NCBI GenBank assembly: GCA_027604505.1
Contig: JADIIX010000044.1
Coordinates: 62,001-126,000, forward strand
Length of the DNA: 64,000 nucleotides
Reading direction: 5' to 3'
DNA from: Gonapodya sp. JEL0774
Taxonomy: Eukaryota
Position numbers and translations under genes: made by a program
Notes under the pieces: model-generated
Seen by the model: the letters and a program-made list of their open reading frames with translations, nothing else
Database searches by the model: none
What the model was told of the DNA's origin: nothing
Shown here: one piece after another, positions 25,889 through 39,293 of the stretch
Layout: every line of letters begins with the position of its first letter
Position numbering within the stretch: position 1 is the stretch's first letter

Positions 25889-28800
25889 ATGGCGCCAGCT
25901 TTCCAGTCTATCCCATGCCAGGTGCAGTGGCAAAGCCGAGTGGCCTGCACAGCACATCCCCCAGTAGGGCAACTTAAACCGCTTCTCCTCCAGACACCGA
26001 GAAAGTTTCTTTCTCTGGGCGGAAAGGCGGATCGCTGATCCAACTATTCGCAAGAATCGACTGCAGTTCTGCCTCTGTTCCTGCACCTACCCATCACTGA
26101 GCGCCGCAAAGATTCAAACCGCACGGTCGTCGTTTTTTCGCACAGGCGTTCCCGATTTATCCTGCTCGCCTCCCCCACTCTCTTTAGTCTCATGTCTGTT
26201 GTAGACTCAGAGCTTTTGGCATCATTCGGCTCAGTATGTGAACTTTGGACACCTGTGGGCACCACCGCTTCCGATCCGTCCTCTTCACCGTACGGCCGCT
26301 TGGGGGGATCCTTTCCGCGTGTCAACAGATCAGCTGCCTGTGTCACTTGGAGTCACGATGGTGAGACTGGCGCGAGTTGTCTCTGACCAGACCCAATAGA
26401 GCATTCGAGCCAAAGTGTTTCTTTAACCGGCGTCGAAAGGGAATCTGTTTGCCTACGCCAATAAGCAATCAATATCGATCTTTGATGTTGACGCAGGAAC
26501 ATCGGAGACGATTGAACTTGGGCTCCCTCACACGGTAAGTTTAATCAAACGTGGGGCACCACCCCTCGATTGCCTTACCATTTTGTGGAAATGCGGTTCT
26601 CACATTGACGTTCTCCAAATCTCTTCGAAACTATATTATGTCGCAAGTCGGAATCCATCACCGCACTGCGTTTCTACGGGCAGTCACGTTACCTCGTGTT
26701 CGGTGGGCAGGGCAGACTTGTCAGGTGCTGGGACAGAGTTCTGAGGAAGTTCGCGGAACCCATAAAGGTGAATTCTTATTCTCGTCAAGTTTTAGGTCGG
26801 AAAGTTACAGGTGTTCCGGGAACGCATACCCATTCATCCCACCGTTTGACCCTGCATTGTCAACACCCCTGCCAGGGCCCCACAGCCAACATCACTTCCA
26901 TTTCCGTCAACCTCGAGGACTCTCGTGTGGCGGTAGCGACTCAAGATGGCCGGCTGGCCGCGTATAACATGGCCAGCAACACTCCTCGAGTCTTTGAGCA
27001 GCCCAGCCGGCAGGTGGGAGTCGAAACCAGACAATTGTGCCCTCATGTGGCAAGCATTTGGGTACCGCGAGAGTCAGCTCAATATCATTCTCTACTTCCA
27101 ATCGCCCGCATCTGATTTACCCCCCCAACCCTCCCCATCGTGTTGCGCCCTACATCTAGACGATTTCCACCACCTCATGGTCCCGTCTCCACCGCGCTCT
27201 CCTTGCTTGCGCCGGTGACGACGGCCATCTCTATCTTTACGACGTCAACCATGGTGCCAAAGCGTTGGCTGTGATGCGGAACGCCCATGACGGCCCCGTC
27301 GGCGAAGTCTGCTTTTCTCAGTCGGGAAGGTATAGCTTGTGGTCTGCAGGGTGGGATGGGAAAGTTAAAATGACGGATGTCGAGAAGAAGAAGTGAGTGG
27401 TTCCGTCGAAAGCATTTCGTGACGAACGGTTGCTGTTCTACAAATGTGACGACACGACTGGGTGTTGTTGTCGCAGGATCACGTGGGCGGCTTCCACTCA
27501 GGACCCCGCTACGTCTGTCACTGCTCATAGTGCCGGCTCATATGTCGCGGTGGGAGACTCGTCCGGCTTTGTTCAGGTTTTCGACCTCCGAAACAACCTC
27601 AAGCCACTTGGAAGGTGGGCAGCGCACAAGGGAGGAGTGAAGGGTGTGAGGTATCAGGTGTGTGTCGATGTGATGAACCATATTGTTCGATTACGTCTAT
27701 GTGCTTACGCTCTGTACGAACAAGCACACGGACCGTCGGAGTCCTTCGAGTGCCCCCCCGCGACCACTTTTTACCCTCTCCACACCTACTAAACCTCGCG
27801 CAAACTCTCCACCGGCTCGCCTGGACGGCACCTCTAAAGAGAACACTGCACCAGAGGCAATCGGAGGCATGGTCGGATCTGTGTACAATCCTTTTTCGTC
27901 CACCGCCGAAGCCAGGAATACCACAGATATACGGGATAGGACGTTGATGAGCCTATTTAGTCCCGTTGCAAGAGATAGAGTCGCAAATTTGACGAGCGAA
28001 GGTGGGTGTCGTCTCCGCGTTGGATCAGTGTCAAAATGGAGAATTTAAATGCCCCAAAACGTGTCAGCCCCACCTCCACAACCGCGATTCCATCTGCCCG
28101 AGCCGCGGGTCTTGGTGCGACCGCCGTCCACATCGTCAGCCACCGAGAGTGAAAAATCTGTGCGATCCATACGGCGGGGGGCCAGCCGGTCGAGAACGAG
28201 CAAAAGCGCGGAAACTGTGAACGAGAGCGAGATGCGAGTCTCTGTCGCGGCGGACGTAGTGCACAAGGGAGATGAATTTTTGGCTGATGGGGACGGTGCG
28301 TTCATCTGTTTCTTTCTACTGCCCGTTTTGTCAGTAATATCTGGGGCGGACATTTGTTCAGTCATGTCCATGTTCTCCCCTGTCTCGAAAACCCGCTCTT
28401 CCACTATGGGATCCACCAACCTCTTCCGCAGCCTCTCAACAAGAACGCGCTCGGGTCCCGGTTTCGCAAACGATGCCTCCACACCCAACGGGCCCAAACC
28501 ATCTCTCACCACTGACAACTCACCCGGATCCGACCACAACTTTGGCCCCGAAACTCCCACTCCCTCAAGCCCTGTCATGCGGACTCGTGCTGATTTTTTG
28601 TCCCTTCGGGAACCATCTTCAAAGTCGACGGGTACTGAACCGGTTCCGGCGACTTTGAAGAGGTCCATGAGTGTTACTTCGAATCGCGACAGATTGGGTG
28701 ACGCCGTAGGAGAGATGCTTACTATCGCCGATTTGGAGGCGCAACCGATGCCGCAGTGGGTGATGCTAAAACCGGGTGCTGGAAGTGTTAGAAAGCCGAA

Positions 28801-30105
28801 CGACGGAGGAGCTTCGGCGAGCTTAAACCTGGGTTCAGTGAAACGGTCGCCATCGGAGGGATCGACACCATTTCGTGACGCAACTGTGCGAGGCGTGAGT
28901 CCGATTCTGTCAGCTTCAGCAGTGGGCGTTAGAACCTTCCGCTCGGAATCAACAGATGCTGCAGCTGCGGAGAGCAATGTTGAACAGTCTGTTACTGAAG
29001 ACGGGTTTGCTGGGGACTATCCATACCTTCCATCTCGGATTAGCGAAATCAACGGACGAATGGACGCTTCAGTGGGCGGTACGCCTGTGTTGCCGAATGG
29101 ACACGGTTTGCAGTCGGAGTCAACGGAGAACCTGCTAAGTTTGCCTAATCTGGGTGCTGGCGGATCGGCCGCTACTACTGGTGATTTGAGATTCATTCAT
29201 GACGGCCAGCAAACAGATCAACAGCAGTCGCCAGTTTTGTATTCGGACCAAAGAAATGGCGTCACTTCTGCAAGGGCTGGTGACCCAACATCAGAAGAAC
29301 GGCAAAAGGGCCATGGTGTAGCAACTGATTCGCTGGTCTTTAAATCCAAGCCTGCGGAGAATGTACAGGACTTCATATTCTTCGATGGGCCTCAGCAACA
29401 CCGTGGACCAGACATCGTTTTCAACAATGTTCAATCGTCTAATCAACCCGTTGAAAACTTCTCGCCTCCCCAAAACTCCCAATCTGCACTGGCTGCCTAT
29501 CTGCAATCCATGAGTCCTAACCCGGCGAATGGTTCCTCCGAAGGTCAGCGAAGTGCAGGTGGATTGAGGAATACCATTTCGGTAGCAGAAACCGAGAGCT
29601 CGAACATTCTACAATCGAGTATCGCTACTTTGCTTGGAAATATTGACAGTGCAGTGAAAGTGATCGCCGATAATGATTTGTCTTCCAGCCGGTTGAACCA
29701 TCAACCAAGCGCAACAAACGCACGAACAACTGGGCTTGCCACCAGCATGTCCTCTACAAGTCCTGCCTTCCAACAAAGCACCCCCGACTTCAATCACCAA
29801 ATTCTGCATAATGCTGTGGATCAAGCTTTGCAACAATTTCGAGCTGGTATTCGCAATGACATTCAGAACATGCACCTGGAGCTTCTGCGGCAGTTTCAAG
29901 CGCAAAGGGTGAGTAATGAGAATAGTAATACCAGCCTGCGTAGCGCATTTCGTGTGATGCCATACTGATCTCTCCTCTGGTCTGTGAACGTGATCCCCAG
30001 GATGAGCTGCAAAGTCTTTTAATCACATACACACCCACGCAAATGTTACTTGATGAAATGCAAGCTCTTCGAGAGGAGAATGACCGATTACGACGATTGT
30101 TTTGA
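25889..30105 (+). CDS. NEDD1: NEDD1/GCP-WD gamma-tubulin ring complex targeting protein
   Basis: N-terminal WD40 exons (VAVGDSSGFVQVFDLR..AHKGGV); C-terminal helix FRAGIRNDIQNMHLELLRQFQAQR|DELQSLL...LLDEMQALREENDRLRRLF matches the NEDD1 gamma-tubulin-binding tail. Confidence 0.88.
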
Positions 30106-30472
30106 TGGATTGATTGTATGCCTAACCAAAAAATTCATTTGCAATTTACTGTATTCTTAGAGTGACTGCCTTGAGCGTCAATGCAGTTCAAGTGGCTTAA
30201 TAATCACTCTCTCGTTATAACTGCATATGAGTCAGTGCAGCATAGAGGAAGGCAGCATAGAGGAAGGTGAAGACAGAGTGGGGGATGCGCTGGATTGTTT
30301 GCAAAAACCAGCAAAAGTCGGCCACACATAACTGATGCAAAAAATGGTAGTCCCCGCTCGAGAGTTGCGGGCAACACAACGTTGAGCCTAAACCGAACCT
30401 ATCACCTCTATCCCTTTCTACCAACACCAGGACACCGCCCGAGAGAACCTCACTACCAGTTGGGTCCTCCGA

Positions 30473-33130
30473 TCAGAAAAACATCGAATTAATTCCATTC
30501 TTTCCACGCTCATCCTCTCTTCGAACACCAACAGACCCTTCTTCCGCCAACAGAGGGCAGACGATAGGTACGATCCCAGAGGAAGCCTGTCGTGACTCCG
30601 CTGAGATAGAACCTTTCCCGGTCCCCTTCGCGCTTACATTTCCAATAGCATTCCCGTTCTCTCCTTCGTCTTGTCCCACATCCCTCCAACCCCTCCACAC
30701 CATTTCCACCTCCTCTCTCTTCCCCACCGTTATCGCGAACACAGCGTCAAACCCTCCTGCACCTGGAACACCACACATTACGACGCCAGGAGCCGCAGCA
30801 GTCGCGTCCAGCAAGCGTGTTTGTTGCGGAGGTTCGATGGGCACATCGGCTAAAGCAGAGACGCGGCGGAGGATGCTGCGGATCTCGAGGTGTGTGGTAC
30901 GCAGAGTAGCGAAGGCAGTGAGGCTAGGGTTAGGAGGATTTCGGGTGGAGGCTAAGGTTGTCCACTTTCAAAGACGGTTGATGGAGGGAACACAGGTCAC
31001 CGAACCGGAAAACAGGTTTGAAGCAAAAAGCATCTTAGGCTCCTGTTCCCCGCATACAAAGAAAAACCAGAACAAACACTCAAAACTGAGGGCAACCCTC
31101 CGTAACCACAACGCACCTCCTCTCCTCTCTTTCCCTCCAAGAGTTCAACAGCCTCTCCATACCCCTTTGGATCCCTCGTCGACAGCCCCACTAGTTCTCT
31201 CCATCCCTTAATCACATTCATGTTGTGCACATCGAGGTCATTCCATATTTTCTTAGAGGTTTCAGGATCAGCTCGTCGCCAGGCTTGAACTCGGGACACC
31301 AGGGATGGAGTATTAGAGCCACCAGCAATATCGGCCAAGACGAGGTAGGTGTGAGGGGGGAGCCGAAAGGGGATCACTGTAGACGACCAGCTGTTGTGTG
31401 GAGCCGGTCGAATGAGAAATGCATTCAGAAGGAAATAGAATGAAAGGCATGTGAAACAAAACTCACATCTTCTTTGAGAGAACTGGATCAACAGTCGCCA
31501 CAAGAGTATCCGCCGTAACTGTTCCTGCATCACTCGCCTGTAACACCCCAGGGCGCAAAATTTGACTCGGCCTGGGCCTTGTTCCACCTCAAAAACTCAA
31601 AATGTTTACCCACCGCCAAGACCTCTTCGACGCCATTCGGATGAAACCTGGTGTACTCCTGCCCACCATATACAGCTGCGCTCACGTCAAAACCACTGCC
31701 AACTTTCCCTTGAGCTGCACAGTGAACAATCTGAGCAAGATTGTGGACGAGGGCGAGGGCAGAAGGACCGCTAAGAGGAGGTGGGGAGGTAGATAAGGAG
31801 GTTGGAGCCGTGGAGGAGGACTTCTTTGTGGCGGTGGGAAGTGGCGACGAGGCTTGTGGGTCGTTTGTGGGCAAGTCGACGGCACCCAAGTGCGAGAGCA
31901 AGGCAGCGACCAGGGACGTAATCATGGCAGCAGAAGAGCCAAGACCGGTTTTGGCGACATGAGGGATAGTGGAATTAGTTTCGTGGAACGGAGGAAGTCG
32001 GCGAAGGGAGTCCGAAGTTAAGGACAGACCGCGCTGGAGGAGCTGAAGGATATTGATTGTGCAGAGATTGTCGAATTCGCATTATTGAAATGGGGGGGAA
32101 GTGCTCTCAGTGGCAGCACCGATGCAAAAAAAAGAAACAAAGGAGTCCAAGGTGACCGACCGGTGGTGTCCAGATCATCCTCCACTGATCATATTGTGAT
32201 GCTCGGAAAATCAAACAACCACCCCATTGTGCCCAGAGAGAATACACCGCTCCACATTCCAGTAGCTAGCTTCTAGCCCATTGTTACAAAGACGCCCTCC
32301 ACTTACCTGCCCTCTTTGCGAATAAAAGTCATTGTGACCCACGATTGTCACTTCAAGTCCCGTGTCCAAACCTGGATTGAACCTGTCGCCACCATACCTC
32401 TCGGCGACGGGAAGAGCGAGACGAAGGGCAAGTTCCACGAACTTGTTGGGCGTTTGGAAGTCGAGGCTGGGAGGCAATGCTCGTCAGCGTGCATATGGCC
32501 GTTCCCGTCACATAAACAAAGGCTTGCATCACAATCCCAGATCACAAGCTCGAGCAAACATCCCCGCCAGTGTCTGAAGTCCTTGCTGAGGCCCCGTCCT
32601 TACGATTTCTGTCCCGCTTCTTTCCCCAGGTACCTTGAGAGCACCGGTACTCTACAGTACTCACGCCGACTCCAAAGACCACAATCCATTGACAGTCCTC
32701 TTGACGGTATACCTCCACAAGCCATCTTCAAACTGAGGACTCATAATGGTGATCGTCCGGGGTGCGTCATGACTCAAGACCGTAGGCACCTCTGGCGTTC
32801 CCAAACCGAGGGCAGCGGCCGCTGCTGCAGCTGCTCTTCGTGCAGCAGCCCCTGGTCCAGCAGGCACACGGGGGGCTGGCGGTCTACATGTGCGAGCGAC
32901 AGCGTAGAAGCGAGACGTTGTGGAGAGGACAAGGCCCGAGTGCTCTGGGGAGAGAACGAGGTAGCCACCAACAACAAGAACTTTTCCAGGTGCTGTGACG
33001 ACGCTTTGGTGGAATGTAGGCGGTTCAAAGAGGAAGGTTGGTGAGAGAAGAATGAAAGGGGACATCAAGTATGGTGTCGACTTAACTATCCCTTCCACGC
33101 GAACCAGAATCTCTCAAGAAGTTGCAGCAT
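30473..33130 (-). CDS. ERG8: Phosphomevalonate kinase, ERG8 (GHMP) type
   Basis: APGKVLVVGGYLVL, IVGHNDFYSQR, VAKTGLGSSAAMITSLV, AQIVHCAAQGKVGSGFDVSAAVYG, DIAGGSNTPSLV, VPIEPPQQTRLLD, GVPGAGGFDAVF. Confidence 0.96.
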
Positions 33131-33949
33131 CTCGTCTCTTTCTTCAAAATGAGGGTTTCACCTCTCGCCGTCCAGCTGTGTCTGATTGCTAAAACTCTCC
33201 AGACTAGCTCACAATCCTCCGTCTCAACTTTTGCCACAAATGACCTCAACCCCGCCCAATTGCCACGCGATCCGCATGTATCTTTCTCCATCCGGTTCGA
33301 AACTCACGTTGGTCCCGGAATCGCGACTCCGCTCACCGACTGTGCTGTCGCGGTCATTTCCCCCTCGGACAAGTCCGAAAAACTTCAACAATCAAGCGCG
33401 CCTTCAAACCGTCAGCCCCAAGCCCCACGCCACTGTCTCGCGTGTGAGGGAATACGGGATTTGCTGAGTTGCGACGCGGCGGTCGGGTCGAATTCTCTTC
33501 AGTCCGGACACAGCCGGGATGCGGGACCTGGTGTGACTGTGAACGGACCTGTTCTCGAGTATCCCTGGAAATATATAAATTCGCACTTCACATACAGCAT
33601 CGACATTTTACCATTCCATCACTCCTTACATAAGAGCACCAAAGTAAAGTGAACTCTCTGTTGCCGTGACAGTCCAGCTTGACCCCCCGCATAGTATTGC
33701 ATATCCGAGAGCATTTCTCGCACAAACAGATCAAAACAATACTAGGCCGAGTTGAAAAATAACTGTGCTCAAAAAGTGTGAGCATACAGTACTAGTTTAC
33801 CAGAGTGTTGTCGCTGTCGCCCCATCCTGCCCCAGGCTTTGCCACTTCAGTCGGCGCCCTTTCGCTTCCAACCAGAGCTAGCGTCAGGAGAGTCACGACC
33901 CCACATCCCCTTCACCATCCGACTCGCTGCAGTCGAGGAGGAATAGGCA

Positions 33950-34988
33950 GTGACGAACTGAGGGACCTGCAGGAGACCATGGAAACACAAGACCCGCGCC
34001 AGGCACGCTCGCCCATCTCGCTTCTCGCGTTTCCATTTTCCATCCACTGACGTGCGATGATTGTGCGTATCACCCGTCAATCGCTCAGCTTCTCGCGATC
34101 TGGCAAGGCGAATGTTCTGCAAGTCAGCAGGCGCTGTGGTATGCTCCTGCAGGTGGCATGTTTGGTACGTCCGTCGGTCGATATGGTGTGCGAATCCACT
34201 CGCCAGTTTCAATTGCGACACGAATTTCCTGCAGGTGGAATCGCAGGATACCTTATCACCCGATCTGCGACTTCGATCAGCCCACGTGCGAAAGCATTTG
34301 GTGTGACATGTGAGTCCACCTTTTGCAGGAAGAAAATCGCTTGTCCACATTGAAAACGTCACAATATGATCACTCCGAATCAGTATCGACGATCCTCTCT
34401 GCGATGTCTGCTCATAGGTATGGTGTCGACGCGTGCGTCAGGGAAAAGGTTCGTCATTGGTATAGTGGACGTGCTCCCGACGCCTGGGTTCACAATTGGT
34501 CCACACTCTCCTTTACCTTTGTCCAATAATCACCACCACACATCCCACATCATCTTCCAGTCTCGAGCGTACCGCATCGAACGACTTGAAGCACGTGAGA
34601 GAGCGTTGAGAGAAGGATGAAGCAACTTTTTGCGGCGTGGCCTTTTTGCCGAGCATTCACCCTGACGTTGTCGGACTCGTGTGAAAGCCTATTGAGTCCA
34701 CAAGGATACATCAATAGTGGGTCATGGAATGAACGAGTCTACGGAACCCTTGGATCGCGGACACGCTGCACGAGACGCAAGAACGGTTGGCCCACCCACA
34801 ACGTGTTCCATATCATGCACACCTTACACACGATCTCCTCTTCTGCGGATGCACCCCTCAATACGTTACCGTACTTGAGTATCCGTACCGTGACTGTTAT
34901 CAGACCAGACTGGGCGGCGGGGGCCTGTGATCGGCGTGGTGTGTGTCCACCAGGTGCGCTTGGAGAACAAGACAATTCGGGTGAATGA
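33950..34988 (+). CDS. Possible small multi-exon gene of unknown function (one hydrophobic segment); boundaries uncertain
   Basis: Series of short segments bounded by gtatg/gtgag donors and cag acceptors, spliceable to ...GIAGYLITRSATSISPRAKAFGVT-LSTILSAMSAHR-SRAYRIERLEA...; no diagnostic motif. Confidence 0.3.
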
Positions 34989-35564
34989 TACTTGCGAATG
35001 GAACCAGGAGGAGTGTTCCTGGTCGATCGTTCTATCTGTCCACGTCCATGTACTATATATATTTCAAGTATGTTTTCGTAGTATTACCATTCCACCGACA
35101 CTGTGTTCTACACATTGTAAACCGTACAAGTCTCGATTCCACCGTTGCACCTCGTGGAGGTCACACATACTCGGGTCACGGACCTCACGTCCGACCGGTC
35201 CACACGTCCCCGTTCCCACCGTAGTCACGGAACTCGCCCACCGGCCGCCGGGCCCCCGACGCTGGCCTGCATGCCACCGCCTCTGCCCCCGCCCACGGGC
35301 CAACGCCGCCGGCCCACCAGCCCCACCGGCATTCAAGGTGTCCTGATATGTATGTATGTCACTCAGACCTCCCAGGGATCCCAACTCGCACTTGGCAGGC
35401 ACAGGGCAGACACCCCGTACACGCACACACACCCTGCACGTCCCAGGCCCGCCCTCACATGCACACGGCTGTGCACATCCGTATTCCGACCCCGTGTTCC
35501 ATCCTACCGCCCTTGCTTCCCACCCACCACACCGTGCCCGTCCCACTCAACCACCACCTCTCCA

Positions 35565-37571
35565 TCACCCTCTCGCTTCCACCCCGTTCCCTCCCTCCCC
35601 CCCATTCCCCGCCTCCCCACCATCCCCTTCCCCCTCTCCCTCCACGATCAGCCCTTGTGCCCTCTTCTCCAACACCCACTCCCTGATATCCGAGCTGGAA
35701 ATCTTGAGCGCCATGTCGTCGAGGTCCACTGTTTCGGTGTCGGGGGACACCACGTCGATGATGAAGATGGCCAGGGTAGAGAGGTGGCGGGCTTGGCGTT
35801 CGGTGTTGACTAGGCGGAGGGAGAGGGGACGGGGGATGGTGAAATTGAGGCACAGCACGGGAAGAGCAGGCACGGACACTCGGGGACGGGGTGTCCACGG
35901 CCGTGGGCCCTCGACAGACCAGTATCCGCCTTCTAAAGAATGAGCCGGTCTTTACTACCAGTTCCGGCCTTCTATGGCTTGTCGCCACATATGGCCTCTC
36001 TACCTCGAGTACCCGCCTCCATCTGCAGCCTTTCCTGCCCCCTCCCCGTCCTCCCCGCCCACCCCGCTCTCCTTACCCACCCGCCACACACCCCTTCTCT
36101 GTCTCCCTACTCCCCACAATGACCTCAAACTTGGGGTCGGTCCTTGTGGGTCCGTAGGGGTCGTAAATAGTTGGGGCGTGGTACTCGATATCCCTTCTGA
36201 TCCGGGCGAGGAAGTCGAGGACGGCAGCGGTGCGGCGGGGGACGGATTGCATGGCGGGGTGGCCGCGTTTGGTGGAGAGGAGGGAGGAGTCTTTAAGGGG
36301 GGGAGGGGGAGGGGGAGAAAGGGGTTTGTTTGTGAGGGAAAGGGAGGTGAGGTGAGCAGGGGTGGGTCCCGTCCGGGGTCGCAACTTCCACCTCCTACGT
36401 CCATGGTGCCAACCTGCCACCTCCGCCTCGCACCTCGAACCTCTGACCTCTCATGTCCAACCTCGCACCTCACACTTCCCACCTCGCACCTCTCCCGACC
36501 TCCACCCCCCCCCACCTCCCCCAACCCTCCACCATACCCAACCACCCCCAAACACCTCCCCCCCCTTCCCCCATATACCCGCCTCCCCCTTCCAACCTAC
36601 CAATAACCCCCACGGTCAAGCTCCGCTCCGCAATCCACGCCGACATAGTGAGGAGTATCTTGTGACCCGCGTGGAGGTGGTCGAACGTGCCGCCGTTGAC
36701 GACGTGGGGGAAGATCGCGGGGGTGGATGGGGGTGGGGATGGTGGTGAGGGAGGAGGTGGTAAGGGAGAGGGAGAGGGAGGTGTGGGGGGGTTGGGGAAG
36801 GAGTGGATGGTGAGGTGGGGGGGGAGGCGGGGACGGAGGGCGGTGATGGCTGGGGTGGGGTGGGGGTTGGGTGGGGGTGGTGGAAGGGGGAACACGTGGG
36901 TTACGGTGGAGGCAACATTTTTTCGGAAAGATATCAAACCACCACCGAGGAGTTGTTCCGATGATACCAAATTCCAACCCGCCGCCGATGGAGGTCTTCT
37001 TTTTTCCGGAAAGATATCAAGACACCACCACCGAGGAGTTGTTCCGGTTGATACCAAATTACAACCCGCCGCCCATGGAGGTGTGGTTTTTTTCAGGAAG
37101 ATATCAGGACACCACCACGGAGTTGTTCCGGATTGATACCAAAATCACACACCCCCCGCCACCCCCCACCCCCCCACCCCTTCCCTGCTCTCCCTGGCCG
37201 CGAACCACCGCGCACGTCCTTTGGGACTCACCATCTTGGAATCCAAAGATGGCATCCAAATTCTTCCTCTCGACAAAGATATCGTAACCACAATAGCCGT
37301 CGAAAATGACCGAGATGTCGAGGAGCCTCTTGTCGAGAGCGTAAGCCTCCTTTGTAGCCCATACGTAGAGCGTTCCGAGCAAAGCGTTGAGACTTTTGAA
37401 CAAGAGGACAGGAGAGTTTGAGTACTGGAGTATTTGGGGACAGGATACGAGGATTGAGAGAGAGAAAGAAGAGTTGCGTACAGCGTTGAGGATGAGAGGC
37501 TTGAGAGAGTTGAGAGGGGAGAGGACAGAAGGGATTGAGACGGCCAGAAGGGAGTGGGGATGGGGAGGCAT
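35565..37571 (-). CDS. CAB4: Phosphopantetheine adenylyltransferase (CoA synthesis, cytidylyltransferase fold)
   Basis: HVVNGGTFDHLHAGHKILLTMSAW, IYDPYGPT..DP..EVIVGSRETEKG, VN.ER, KISSSDIR across four exons. Confidence 0.93.
36410..36505. repeat. Degenerate 7-bp microsatellite, (GAGGTGC)n on the minus strand, inside a CAB4 intron
   Basis: Plus strand: gcacctc gaacctc tgacctc ... caacctc gcacctc acacttc ccacctc gcacctc. Confidence 0.7.
36907..37155. repeat. About three tandem copies of an 82-87 bp unit in CAB4 intron 1
   Basis: tggagg...ggaa(a)gatatca...caccac..ggagttgttccg..tgataccaaa.. starting at 36907, 36989 and 37076. Confidence 0.9.
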
Positions 37572-39293
37572 TGGAGGTGGGAGAGATGGGGATGGGAGGA
37601 TGGGGGTGATGGGGGGAGAGCAGGGGAGAGAGATGGGGAAGGGGCGATGGAGGGGGGAGAGATGGAGTGGGGATGGAGGGAGATGGGGATAAGGGGGGAT
37701 GGGGGAATGAGGAGAGACCGGATGGGCAGGATGGATGCAGAGGGAGGGAGCGAGGGAGCGAGGGAGGACACCACGGACGCCACAACACGAACCCAGCCTG
37801 AGGGTCGATCAAAGTCCGATCGTCACCTCAGCCTGTGCTGATCTCCGCTGATCCTCCCGCTGTTAGGCCGCTTGATGGGTTCCGTTTCCCCACTACAACA
37901 TCGGCTCTGCCCCCCCGACTGGTCCCTGCACCGTATCCTCCCTTACCACACCACAGCCTTGATGGCTTATGGACTATGGTGGCTGCAGATGTACACCTAT
38001 TCAGGTTGAACAGTAAGTGTGTCAGAAACTAATACAATGTCAAACTCCATTGATACCGTGGGAATTCAGAAAGCTGTGCTATGATCAGCCTGGCATGACT
38101 AAATAGAACCCCACTTTATTCATTGATTCCGGAATCACAAACAATCTTCAGTTTATGTAGCAGAGAGAGCAGCAGCCATTTGTGTATTGGGTCTAAACTC
38201 AAACCTTCGTTTGCAACGTGTGCTAATGTTAGTACGTGTGTGCACTCCATGTGATCCTCAACGGTTTTGGTGGATTCTGACTTTGTGCTTGGGACTTTGA
38301 ATTTTGTGCCCCGTCAATTTCAGTCATATTTGACGACGGAGTTCCACACAGAGGATGTGCAGAAAGCGCATAGTTGCGGGCCCCTGCACAATGAACAAGG
38401 CCTGACCTCGCAATATCTTTAGAAACATCTCACATACTAACTTGCCAAATTTTGTTTCCCTGAAATTTGAACCTGAACTGACATTGTGTGTCTTCTGCGA
38501 GCTGAGACTGTCAATGGAAACAGAACACAAAAGCGGGCTCGCACCAGTCACTGACGGGCTACGGCCTCCCGCTCATGAAGACAAATGAACCAAAAGGGAG
38601 CTGGTATATAGCTCGCAAACTCAAGAGCAGCTCGCAACATATTTCATTAGAATGAGTATTGTGGAGTTCCCTCGTGGAGGCATGTGGGATCAAAAGTTTA
38701 GCCGGGCCTCCACTTTTCGTTCGTTTCTCCATTCCCAATCCCCCTCTACTCCCCACTTCGCTCTCCCGCTCGCCCCCCACTCTCAAGGTACGTATCTCTC
38801 CACTCCGTGCTTACTGCGCTGGCCGTCTCCCACCGGACAGTCTGCAACATAAAAAGAGTCCCGAGTCATAAAAAGACGTATCCTCTCTTTCCCCCCTAAA
38901 AAAACACATCTCTGCCAGTCTTAAAAAATTTGAAAAGAATAACTCCATCAAAAGAAAAAAGAAGAAGAAACAGACTGCGCTACGCGGGGTTGAAAAAAAA
39001 AGCACGAGAGAGGAACGTGAGTCGAGCGTTTGTGATTTGCGTTGACAGTTTCCCCCTTTCCCCCTTCTCACTCTCGCCAGCCCCGGCGGCTCAATTCAAC
39101 ACATAAATACTCCGCCTCTCATGATTCTGTGTTCCGCATCCCCACTGCGCTCCTCCGCTCTTCCTCCCGGCGTTCCCTCCTTCCCTCCTTCCCACTCCCA
39201 CCTGCCACGCCGCCACCGTCGACCTCATATTACACACTCCAGATAAACTCGCACTCCTTCTGACCGGCACACTCGACCACTGCGACCACCACC

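Noticed and set aside
32160..32226. Imperfect hairpin in an ERG8 intron, considered as SECIS or snoRNA
   Set aside because: Intronic, lacks the AUGA/AAR/GA geometry and box motifs; GU-rich pairing is plausible by chance
36907..37155. CRISPR-like array
   Set aside because: The whole unit repeats with no unique spacers; eukaryotic intron; no cas genes
30473..37571. ERG8-CAB4 as a metabolic gene cluster
   Set aside because: Different pathways, separated by 2.4 kb, with no other pathway genes nearby; adjacency is probably incidental
35064..37812. Many overlapping Pro/Gly-rich ORFs on both strands
   Set aside because: By-product of stop-poor C/G homopolymer tracts; the real gene is the spliced CAB4
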